A DNA stretch of 49,086 nt. It comes from Pseudomonadota bacterium (lineage in GTDB: Bacteria; Pseudomonadota; Gammaproteobacteria; Steroidobacterales; Steroidobacteraceae). Below are positions 1-7,429 of this stretch, one piece after another. The position numbers and the translations under genes were made by a program. The notes under the pieces are model-generated. The model was not told where the DNA came from. It ran no database searches and worked only from the letters and a program-made list of their open reading frames with translations. The first letter of the stretch is position 1; each line of letters starts with the position of its first letter. Location of the stretch: contig CANGFJ010000001.1 in the NCBI GenBank assembly GCA_947453065.1, positions 1-49,086 on the forward strand. The letters are read 5' to 3'.

Positions 1-171
1 CGGCAACGCCCGCCCTAACAGCGCAGGCCCCACGGGCGTTTCATGGCAGTAGCGGCACAGGCTGTTCCAGACCTGCGCGCTGTCTTTCCACTGGCCTGCC
101 GACTGCGCCCAGGCGGCCGACGGCAGCGTCGCGGCAAGCGCCAGGGCCAGGACGACCCGCTGCCGCTTCAC
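1..171 (-). CDS. c-type cytochrome, likely the cytochrome subunit of a PCMH/eugenol-hydroxylase-type flavocytochrome c (5' part only; gene runs off the left edge)
   Basis: Not in the ORF track because it is cut by the window edge. Manual minus-strand translation from GTG 171-169 gives VKRQRVVLALALAATLPSAAWAQSAGQWKDSAQVWNSLCRYCHETPVGPALLGRALP, open to position 1. It has a Sec-type signal peptide (AWA/Q) and a CxxCH haem-c motif (CRYCH). The GTG overlaps the TGA of the upstream flavoprotein gene (GTGA). Confidence 0.6.
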   Translation of the reverse strand, partial: MKRQRVVLALALAATLPSAAWAQSAGQWKDSAQVWNSLCRYCHETPVGPALLGRALP

Positions 172-1679
172 AGGTGGATCCCCGACTTGCCCGGCGCAAG
201 GATGCCGTTGGGATCGAGCGCGCGCTTGATCGAGCGGTTCACGTCGCGGTTGGTCTTGCCGTAGATCTGCGCCATCTGGTCCATGTAGTCGATGGCCACG
301 CGGTACAGGCCATAGCCCTGCTTGCCAAACTCGGTCACGAGCTTGCCGTAGCAGGCCTTGGCACGCTTCGAGGCATCCGGGTCATTGCGGTCGAACACCA
401 TCGCCACCAGGTGATGCAGGTCGCGGCCATTCAGCGTCGGCGCAGAAAGATAGTCCATGCCGTGATCGGCCAGGATGCTGCGCGCCAGGTGCATCTGGCG
501 AATGGCATCGGTGCCCCGCGCCGGGCTCACGGGCGCAAACCAGTAGAGCCCGCCGCCGCCGACCCAGTTCAGCAGGCTGAAGGAACTCAGCGACAGCTCG
601 TTGACCTGCGAGCCATCGTGAATGCCAGGGATCACCTTGCCACCCGACTTGCTGAAGGCTTCGGTGACGATCTCCAGGTTCGGCGCGATCTGCTTGTCGG
701 TGCCGTAGAGCGTGAAGAACACGTTCCAGGCACCCAGGCCCATCTTGCGCACTTCAGACAGCATCAGGTCCTGCGGCACGGCGCCCGCGCCCTGGTAGAG
801 GTCGGCCCGGCGCTTCATGCCGGTGAGCACGATGGCCTCGTTGGCCATCACCCCGACGTTCTGGATCGTGGTGTCGATGCGCAGCGGGCGAATCGTGTCG
901 ACTGCGACGCCGATCTGCTCCGGGTCGTCATAGGTGACCATGACCGTCGTATAACCCGCGGGCTTGGGCATGAGCCACATGCCCAGCTTGGTCACGATGC
1001 CAAAGTTCGACTGCGTGAAGATGCCGTCCAGATAGGGGCCATAGCCGTACTTGAAGACCTGCCACGAGGTGCTGTTCGGGATCGAGCCCATGCCGGTGCG
1101 CAGGACCTGCCCGTTGGCCAGGACCACTTCCATGCCGCAGGCATTGCCGAAGTGATCGCCGTAGGGCGTGTTGCCACCGCCGCGTTCCAGCGTGTTGCCG
1201 ACTGGGCTGACGATAGGGCCCGGGCCAGGGAAATCCAGCCACAGCGGAATGTCGCGCTCGCGCAGGTAATCGTGCAGCTGCTGGTAGGTGACGCCCGGCT
1301 CCACCAGTGCCGTGCACAGCACCGGGTCGACCTCGAGGATGCGGTTCATGCGCTTGAGGTCGAGGATCATCTGCCCGCGCGTGGCGGGCGAGGCGGAGCC
1401 ATAGCCGAAGTTGCGGCCCGTGGAGATCGGCCACACCGGCACCTTGAACTGGTTGCAGACCGCCAGCACGCCCTGCACTTCCTCGACCGAGGCCGGCGCC
1501 ACGACGCCCGATGGCGCGAACTCGTTTTCGTCCGCCGGGATCATGATCTTGCGGTACGGCAGCAGGCGGTCACTTGCCGTGATGACGAACTCGTCGCCCA
1601 CGACCTTGCGGAAGGCCGCGATCGCCCGCGCAAACTCCGCAGCGCTCACGCCCTGTGGCAGGACCGGCTGGGTGCTCAT
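168..1679 (-). CDS. FAD-linked oxidase, 4-cresol dehydrogenase (PchF) / eugenol hydroxylase / vanillyl-alcohol oxidase family flavoprotein
   Basis: 503-aa ORF. N-terminal PCMH-type FAD-binding region (VPVWPISTGRNFGYGSASP), GGGGLYWFAPVSP segment, C-terminus RALDPNGILAPGKSGI, all typical of the VAO/PCMH family. Followed by a coupled cytochrome c gene. Confidence 0.85.
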   Translation of the reverse strand: MSTQPVLPQGVSAAEFARAIAAFRKVVGDEFVITASDRLLPYRKIMIPADENEFAPSGVVAPASVEEVQGVLAVCNQFKVPVWPISTGRNFGYGSASPATRGQMILDLKRMNRILEVDPVLCTALVEPGVTYQQLHDYLRERDIPLWLDFPGPGPIVSPVGNTLERGGGNTPYGDHFGNACGMEVVLANGQVLRTGMGSIPNSTSWQVFKYGYGPYLDGIFTQSNFGIVTKLGMWLMPKPAGYTTVMVTYDDPEQIGVAVDTIRPLRIDTTIQNVGVMANEAIVLTGMKRRADLYQGAGAVPQDLMLSEVRKMGLGAWNVFFTLYGTDKQIAPNLEIVTEAFSKSGGKVIPGIHDGSQVNELSLSSFSLLNWVGGGGLYWFAPVSPARGTDAIRQMHLARSILADHGMDYLSAPTLNGRDLHHLVAMVFDRNDPDASKRAKACYGKLVTEFGKQGYGLYRVAIDYMDQMAQIYGKTNRDVNRSIKRALDPNGILAPGKSGIHL

Positions 1680-1682
1680 GCG

Positions 1683-2075
1683 TCAGGCCAGCGCGCAGCC
1701 GGCCTTCACGATGAGGCCGTCACGCAGGTGATAGTGGATGTACTGGGGAATCTCGACGACCTGGCCTGCCGTCATGGGCACGAGCCGGCCATAGCCTTCG
1801 GCGGCCAGCGTCTCGGGCGTGAGGTCACACAGGGCCTCCAGGCGCACGACCCCTTCCAGCGCCACCATCTGCGCGTCCGCGACGTAGGCGGTGACGGTGA
1901 TCTGCTCGTTCAGGTAGGCATGCAGGAAGGCATAGAAGCGACGCACCGGGTCCTTGCGCGTGAACCGATAGCCGGCGAACTCGAGCAGGAAGTCCTCGGC
2001 GTAATGCGCCAGCACGCCGTCGTAGTCGCGCGCATTAAAACAAGCCAGATAATGGTCGTAGGCCTGTCGGTTCAT
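1683..2075 (-). CDS. SnoaL-like / NTF2-fold protein (about 130 aa)
   Basis: The track ORF 1683..2339 is trimmed to the internal ATG (2075-2073), which is preceded by AGGGG 8 nt upstream. The product MNRQAYDHYLACFNARDYDGVLAHYAEDFLLEF... has the N-terminal signature and size of SnoaL/NTF2-like proteins. Its stop lies 3 nt from the flavoprotein start. Confidence 0.7.
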   Translation of the reverse strand: MNRQAYDHYLACFNARDYDGVLAHYAEDFLLEFAGYRFTRKDPVRRFYAFLHAYLNEQITVTAYVADAQMVALEGVVRLEALCDLTPETLAAEGYGRLVPMTAGQVVEIPQYIHYHLRDGLIVKAGCALA

Positions 2076-2148
2076 CGTGATTGCCCCTATTGTCTTGCTG
2101 CGCCGAGTCTGTACGCTTGGCGTTGCGACCGCAACAAGGGGAAACGCC

Positions 2149-3615
2149 GTGGCTCGATATCCGGATACCGTCCAGTTCAACCGTCTCAATCGTCCCATCG
2201 GCATCGAATGGACGGCCCGCAACCTGGAGGTCGAAGGGCAGATCCCGGCCGAGATCCAGGGCGCCTTCTTCCGCGCCGTGCCCGATCCGGCACACGCCCC
2301 CCGCGACCCGAACGACATTGCCCTGTCGGGTGATGGCATGGTCAGCCGCTTCTACATCGACGGCGGCGCCATCGACCACGACATCCGCTATGTGCGCACG
2401 CCGCGCTTCGAGGCCGAGCGCAAGGCGCGCCACGCGCTGTTCGGCAAATACCGCAACCGCTTCACCGACCTGCCCGAAGTGCAGGACGTGGACCGCGCGG
2501 TCGCCAACACCACGCCGGTCTGGCATGCCGGCCGGCTGATCATGACCAAGGAAGATGCACGCGGCTACGAAGTGAACCCGCACACGCTCGAGACGGTCGG
2601 TCGCTATGACTTTGGCGGCAAGCTACGCTCGGAAACGATGACCGCGCATGTGCGCGTCGACCCGGTGACCGGTGAGCTGTTCTTCTTCGGCTACGAGGCC
2701 GGCGGCCTGTGCACGGACGACGTGGCCTACTGCGTCGCCGACAAGGACGGCAACCTGGTCTCGGAAGAGTGGTTCAAGCAGCCCTACCTCTCGACCATCC
2801 ATGACTTCGGCATCACCGAAGAATATGCCGTCTTCCCGCTGTTCCCGACGCTGACAGACCTGGAACGCCTGAAGGCCGGTGGTGACCACTGGGTGCATGA
2901 GCAGGACGGCGACAGCTGGCTGGGCATCATGCCCCGCTATGGCAAGGCCAGTGAGATGCGCTGGTTCAAGGGCCCCAAGGGCGTGTCGGCGTTCCACTTC
3001 GTCAATGCTTTCAACGAAGGCAATGTCGTGCACATCGACATCTGCCTGACGGACACTAACGCCTTCCCGTTCATGCACAAGCCCGAAGAGCCGCTGGATC
3101 CGCGCACGATGACCGGTGGCCTGACGCGCTGGACCGTGGACCTGTCAGACCCCTACGCGCAGTTGCAGTGGCGCGTGATCGGACCGCCGGGCGACCTGCC
3201 GCGGCTGCGTGACTGCGATCAGGGGCGTCCGTACCAGACATTCTGGATGCCCTGCTACGACCCGCGCATCGGACCGCCGGTGTCGGGTGGCCCCGTGGGC
3301 GCCTGTTTCAACAGCCTGCTGTACGTCGACGTGACCACCGGGCAGGTGCTCGATGCGCTGCAGATGGGGCCGGGCGTGGCCTTCAACGAGCCCGTGCATG
3401 TGCCCTCTAAGACGCCAGGGCACGGCGGCTGGATCCTGGCCGTCATCGACCACGAGCTGGACTTCCAGCACCACGCATCAGAACTGGTGGTGCTGCTGGC
3501 CGACAACATTTCCGCGCCGCCCGTGGCGCGCGTGAAGATGCCCGTGGCGCTTCGGCCGCAGGTGCATGGCTGGTGGGTGTCCGCGGAACAACTGGCAAGC
3601 GCCAAGGCCGGCTGA
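2149..3615 (+). CDS. carotenoid-oxygenase-family dioxygenase (lignostilbene-alpha,beta-dioxygenase / isoeugenol monooxygenase-like)
   Basis: Four conserved iron-ligand His contexts are recognisable: TAHVRVDPVTGELFFFGY, TIHDFGITEEYAVFP, AFHFVNAFNEG, PQVHGWWV. Start set to the in-frame GTG at 2149, preceded by AAGGGGA. The track start at 2077 is also GTG but would abut the divergent gene. Confidence 0.85.
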   Translation: MARYPDTVQFNRLNRPIGIEWTARNLEVEGQIPAEIQGAFFRAVPDPAHAPRDPNDIALSGDGMVSRFYIDGGAIDHDIRYVRTPRFEAERKARHALFGKYRNRFTDLPEVQDVDRAVANTTPVWHAGRLIMTKEDARGYEVNPHTLETVGRYDFGGKLRSETMTAHVRVDPVTGELFFFGYEAGGLCTDDVAYCVADKDGNLVSEEWFKQPYLSTIHDFGITEEYAVFPLFPTLTDLERLKAGGDHWVHEQDGDSWLGIMPRYGKASEMRWFKGPKGVSAFHFVNAFNEGNVVHIDICLTDTNAFPFMHKPEEPLDPRTMTGGLTRWTVDLSDPYAQLQWRVIGPPGDLPRLRDCDQGRPYQTFWMPCYDPRIGPPVSGGPVGACFNSLLYVDVTTGQVLDALQMGPGVAFNEPVHVPSKTPGHGGWILAVIDHELDFQHHASELVVLLADNISAPPVARVKMPVALRPQVHGWWVSAEQLASAKAG

Positions 3616-4667
3616 TGTATCTCCGGAACGCGTGGTACATGGCGGGCTGGGACAAGGATTTCCCGGCCGACCTGCCCCAGCCGCTGACGCTGCTCGACGA
3701 GCTGCTGGTGTTCTACCGGCAGGCAGACGGGCGCATCGCCGCGCTGGAAGACCGCTGTTGCCACCGCCTCGCGCCCCTGTCGCAGGGGCGCGTGGAGGGC
3801 AACGACCTGCGCTGCCTCTACCATGGCCTGAAATTCGATGCCGCCGGTCGCTGCAACGACATGCCGGGGCATACGAGCATCCCCAAGGCCATGAAGGTGC
3901 GCAGCTACCCGGTACTGGAACGCTACAACGCGGTCTGGATCTGGATGGGTGACCCGGCGAAAGCAGACGAGTCACTGCTGCCGGACTTCGTGGGCTATGG
4001 CAGCCCGGACTGGTACATGGCGCCGGGCCGCATGGACTACGCCGCCAACTACCAGCTCATCCAGGACAACCTGCTGGACCTCTCGCACATCGCCTGGGTG
4101 CATCGCAATTCCTTCGGTGGCGGCAATGCCGACACGAACAAGGCCTGGATGGAAGGCGAGTTGCACATCACGCCGCTGGAGCGCGGCGTGCGCGTGGAGC
4201 GCTGGATGCCGAATGCGGCAACGCCGGCGCACCAGGTGGCCATGGCAGGCCCCACCTGCGATGTGCTGACCACCTTTGACTACCTGGTGCCCGGCATCTT
4301 CCTGCTGAGCTCGCGCAACTATCGCGCCGGGTCCGCGCAACGCAGCGGCACGGCGCGCCCCACCGAGGAGCCGTTGCATGCCAGCTTCACGGCGCAGGCG
4401 GTCACGCCGCTGACCGCGCGCAGCACCTGTTATTTCTTTACCTTCGGCCCGTGGTCACAAGCCGCGGGCGACGGCGAGCAGATGAAGCAGTCGTTTCTGG
4501 CACTGGGACGGCAGGTCTTCGAGGAAGACCGCACGATGCTGCAGGCCCAGCAGAAGGTGATCGACGCCGACCCCTCGCGCAAGATGCTGTTCTTCGACGT
4601 GGACAAGGCGCCGGTGATGTATCACCGGCTGGTGGAGAAGCTGCTGGCCGCCGAAGCGCAGGCTTAA
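3615..4667 (+). CDS. Rieske [2Fe-2S] / mononuclear-iron oxygenase, VanA (vanillate O-demethylase oxygenase)-like
   Basis: Starts MYLRNAWYMAGW (typical VanA-family N-terminus). Rieske motif CCHRLAPLSQGRVEGNDLRCLYHG. Iron motif DNLLDLSHIAWVH. The ATG at 3615 overlaps the upstream TGA by 1 nt (TGATG). Confidence 0.85.
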   Translation: MYLRNAWYMAGWDKDFPADLPQPLTLLDELLVFYRQADGRIAALEDRCCHRLAPLSQGRVEGNDLRCLYHGLKFDAAGRCNDMPGHTSIPKAMKVRSYPVLERYNAVWIWMGDPAKADESLLPDFVGYGSPDWYMAPGRMDYAANYQLIQDNLLDLSHIAWVHRNSFGGGNADTNKAWMEGELHITPLERGVRVERWMPNAATPAHQVAMAGPTCDVLTTFDYLVPGIFLLSSRNYRAGSAQRSGTARPTEEPLHASFTAQAVTPLTARSTCYFFTFGPWSQAAGDGEQMKQSFLALGRQVFEEDRTMLQAQQKVIDADPSRKMLFFDVDKAPVMYHRLVEKLLAAEAQA

Positions 4668-5035
4668 CGGCGCAGCATCGCCGCGGCAAACCAGCCCCAG
4701 GCGCCGATCAGCAGCACACCGCCGATCGGCGTGACCAGCCCGACCAGACGCGGCGCACCCGCCAGCATGAGATAGATGCCACCGCTGAAGCAGACAATGC
4801 CGGCGATGAGCAGGCCGGCAATGCTGCGCAGTGCCGGCAGGTCATCGCCGCGCATCAGCACGCCCAGCACCAGCAGCCCCAGCGCGTTGAAGAGCTGGTA
4901 GTTCACGGCCGTGTGCAGCGACTGCAGCTGCGGGGCTTCCAGCACCTTCTGCAGTGCATGGGCTGCCAGCGCACCCACCACGATGCCGCAGGCCATCAGC
5001 AGGCCGGCAATGCCCAGCACCCGCGCCGCAGTCAT
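4664..5035 (-). CDS. DUF423 (YgdD/TMEM256-like) small inner-membrane protein
   Basis: 123 aa with four hydrophobic helices and the GALAAHAL...YQLFNALGLL pattern typical of DUF423. The start overlaps the ygiQ stop by 1 nt. Confidence 0.75.
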   Translation of the reverse strand: MTAARVLGIAGLLMACGIVVGALAAHALQKVLEAPQLQSLHTAVNYQLFNALGLLVLGVLMRGDDLPALRSIAGLLIAGIVCFSGGIYLMLAGAPRLVGLVTPIGGVLLIGAWGWFAAAMLRR

Positions 5036-7341
5036 CAGCGCCGGCCCTTGGGCTTGCCACTGGCCGGACGTGATACGCCAGGCTTGGCAAAGGCGGGTCG
5101 TGCGCCGGCGGGCTTGCTACCGGCCGGCTTAGCACCGAAAGGCCGTGCCACACCGGGTTTGGCGGCCTGCGGGGCGCGTGCCGGCACGCGCGGCAAACCG
5201 GTGTGCTGCGTGCGGATCGGCTGCGTGGCTGCGCCCTGCGGGCGCGGCTTGCCACCCCGCGGCGCGGGCGCAATGCGCCGCCCCTCTCCGGACTGGCCCG
5301 TGCCCAGCGGCTGGTAGGACGGGATCAGGTGCAGCGGCCCGTTGCCAATGAGGTTGGCGCGGCCCATGTGCCGCAGCGCCTCGCGCAGCACCGGCCAGTT
5401 GTTCGGATCGTGGTAGCGCAGGAAGGCCTTGTGCAGGCGACGCTGCCGCAGGCCCTTGGCAATCGGCACGGTCTCGCTGTCGCGCGTGACGCGCTTCAGC
5501 GGGTTCTTGCCTGTGTGGTACATGGCCGTGGCAGAGGCCATGGGCGACGGCAGGAAGGCCTGCACCTGGTCGGCGCGGAAGCCGTTGCTCTTGAGCCAGA
5601 TGGCCAGTTCGAGCATGTCTTCATCGGTCGTGCCCGGGTGGGCCGCGATGAAGTAGGGAATGAGGTACTGCTCCTTGCCCGCTTCCTTGGAGTAGCGGTC
5701 GAAGAGCTCCTTGAAACGGTGATAAGTGCCGATGCCCGGCTTCATCATCTTGGAGAGCGGCCCTTCGCGGACATGCTCGGGCGCGATCTTCAGGTAACCG
5801 CCCACGTGGTGCTGGGCCAGCTCCTTCACGTACTCGGGTGACTCGATGGCCAGGTCATAGCGCACGCCCGAGGCAATGAGCACCTTCTTGATGCCCTTGA
5901 GCTCGCGCGCCTTGCGATACAGGTTGATCAGCGGCGTGTGGTCGGTGTTGAGGTTCGAGCACACCGTCGGGTACACGCAGGACGGCAGACGACAGGCGGC
6001 CTCGATCGACCGGCTCTTGCAGGCGATGCGGTACATGTTGGCGGTCGGGCCGCCCAGGTCGGAGATCACGCCGGTGAAGCCTGGCACCGTGTCGCGGATC
6101 GTCTCGATCTCGCGAATGATCGAATCTTCCGAGCGGTTCTGGATGATGCGGCCCTCGTGCTCGGTGATCGAGCAGAAGCTGCAACCGCCGAAGCAGCCGC
6201 GCTGGATCGAGATCGAGAAGCGGATCATCTTGTAGGCCGGGATCTCGGCCTTGCCATAGAACGGATGCGGCAAGCGCTGGTAGGGCAGCTCATAGACCAC
6301 GTCCATCTCGGGCGTGGTCAGCGGGATCGGCGGCGGGTTCAGCCACACATCGACGTTGCCATGGCGTTGCACCAGCGCCCGCGCATTACCCGGATTGGCC
6401 TCCAGATGCAGGATGCGCGAGGCATGCGCGTACAGCACCGGGTCGTTGACCACCTGCTCATAGGACGGCATGCGGATGACGCTGTGGCCACGGTCCGTGC
6501 TCTTTACGCGGCGCACGAACTTGACGACGTTCTCGCCCTCGGCGACGGCCGGTGCCGCGGGCCCGGCGTTCTTGATCGGCTCCATGGCGTAGGGGTCGAT
6601 GGGCGGGTTCAGCGGACCGGGCGCATCGAGGTGCGTGGAGTCGATCTCGATGTAGTCGGCGCCATGGCCTTTGCGCACGAACGAGGTGCCGCGCAGGTCG
6701 GTGATCTGGTCGATGGTCTCGCCGGCGTTGAGGCGGCGCGCGATGTCGGTGATCTGTCGCTCGGCGTTGCCATAGACCAGCAGGTCGGCCTTGGCATCCA
6801 TGAGCACCGAGCGGCGCACTTTTTCGCTCCAGTAGTCGAAGTGCGCGACGCGGCGCAACGAAGCTTCGATGCCACCGATGACGATGGGCACGTCCTTGTA
6901 GGCCTCGCGCGCGCGCTGCGAATACACGATGACCGAGCGGTCCGGCCGCTTGCCACCCTCGCCGCCCGGCGTGTACGCGTCATCGCTGCGCACCCGGCGG
7001 TCGGAGGTGTAGCGGTTGACCATCGAGTCCATGTTGCCGGCGGTGATGCCGAAGAACAGCCGCGGCCGGCCGAGCGCGCGGAAGGCCTCGGGGCCCTGCC
7101 AGTCCGGCTGGGCGATCATGCCGACGCGCAGGCCCTGGGCCTCGAGCAGGCGACCGATGATGGCCATGCCGAAGCTGGGGTGATCGACGTAGGCGTCACC
7201 ACTGACCACGATGACGTCGCACTCGTCCCAGCCCAGCGCATCCATTTCTTCGCGCGTCATGGGCAGAAACGGGGCAGCCGGGCGCGGCGCCGGCCTCACG
7301 GACGAAATAGGGGCGGGAACGGGGGACTCAACCTGCGACAT
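5035..7341 (-). CDS. ygiQ: YgiQ-family (UPF0313) radical SAM protein with long basic Lys/Pro/Ala-rich C-terminal tail
   Basis: [40 protein letters not shown] matches the YgiQ N-domain. Radical SAM cluster motif CFGGCSFCS. Start trimmed to MSQVESP (7341), giving an N-terminal lead of a length comparable to the E. coli YgiQ N-terminus as I recall it. The tail carries repeated AKPG/KPAG units. Confidence 0.85.
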   Translation of the reverse strand: MSQVESPVPAPISSVRPAPRPAAPFLPMTREEMDALGWDECDVIVVSGDAYVDHPSFGMAIIGRLLEAQGLRVGMIAQPDWQGPEAFRALGRPRLFFGITAGNMDSMVNRYTSDRRVRSDDAYTPGGEGGKRPDRSVIVYSQRAREAYKDVPIVIGGIEASLRRVAHFDYWSEKVRRSVLMDAKADLLVYGNAERQITDIARRLNAGETIDQITDLRGTSFVRKGHGADYIEIDSTHLDAPGPLNPPIDPYAMEPIKNAGPAAPAVAEGENVVKFVRRVKSTDRGHSVIRMPSYEQVVNDPVLYAHASRILHLEANPGNARALVQRHGNVDVWLNPPPIPLTTPEMDVVYELPYQRLPHPFYGKAEIPAYKMIRFSISIQRGCFGGCSFCSITEHEGRIIQNRSEDSIIREIETIRDTVPGFTGVISDLGGPTANMYRIACKSRSIEAACRLPSCVYPTVCSNLNTDHTPLINLYRKARELKGIKKVLIASGVRYDLAIESPEYVKELAQHHVGGYLKIAPEHVREGPLSKMMKPGIGTYHRFKELFDRYSKEAGKEQYLIPYFIAAHPGTTDEDMLELAIWLKSNGFRADQVQAFLPSPMASATAMYHTGKNPLKRVTRDSETVPIAKGLRQRRLHKAFLRYHDPNNWPVLREALRHMGRANLIGNGPLHLIPSYQPLGTGQSGEGRRIAPAPRGGKPRPQGAATQPIRTQHTGLPRVPARAPQAAKPGVARPFGAKPAGSKPAGARPAFAKPGVSRPASGKPKGRR

Positions 7342-7429
7342 GCGGATTCTGCTGCGATTTCGCGACGGGAAACGAAGCGGTACAGTGTAACGGTTCATCC
7401 GTCCGACCGCGCACATGGAGGTGCCTGTC

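Noticed and set aside
2122-2135. Short inverted repeat GTTGC-gacc-GCAAC in the 73-bp divergent spacer of the aromatic cluster
   Set aside because: The arms are only 5 bp, which is expected by chance in this composition. It is noted as a possible operator but not reportable as a feature.
2077-2148. Track start (GTG 2077) of the dioxygenase ORF
   Set aside because: It would place the start 1 nt from the divergent SnoaL start codon with no promoter space. The added 24 residues (MIAPIVLLRRVCTLGVATATRGNA) are not part of the family N-terminus. GTG 2149 has a good AAGGGGA ribosome-binding site.
174-2333. 719-aa plus-strand ORF spanning the flavoprotein and SnoaL-like genes
   Set aside because: It is antisense to two genes with clear family motifs. 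The product is Arg/Ala/His/Gly-rich low-complexity sequence with no recognisable domain. This is a typical stop-free shadow frame of GC-rich DNA.
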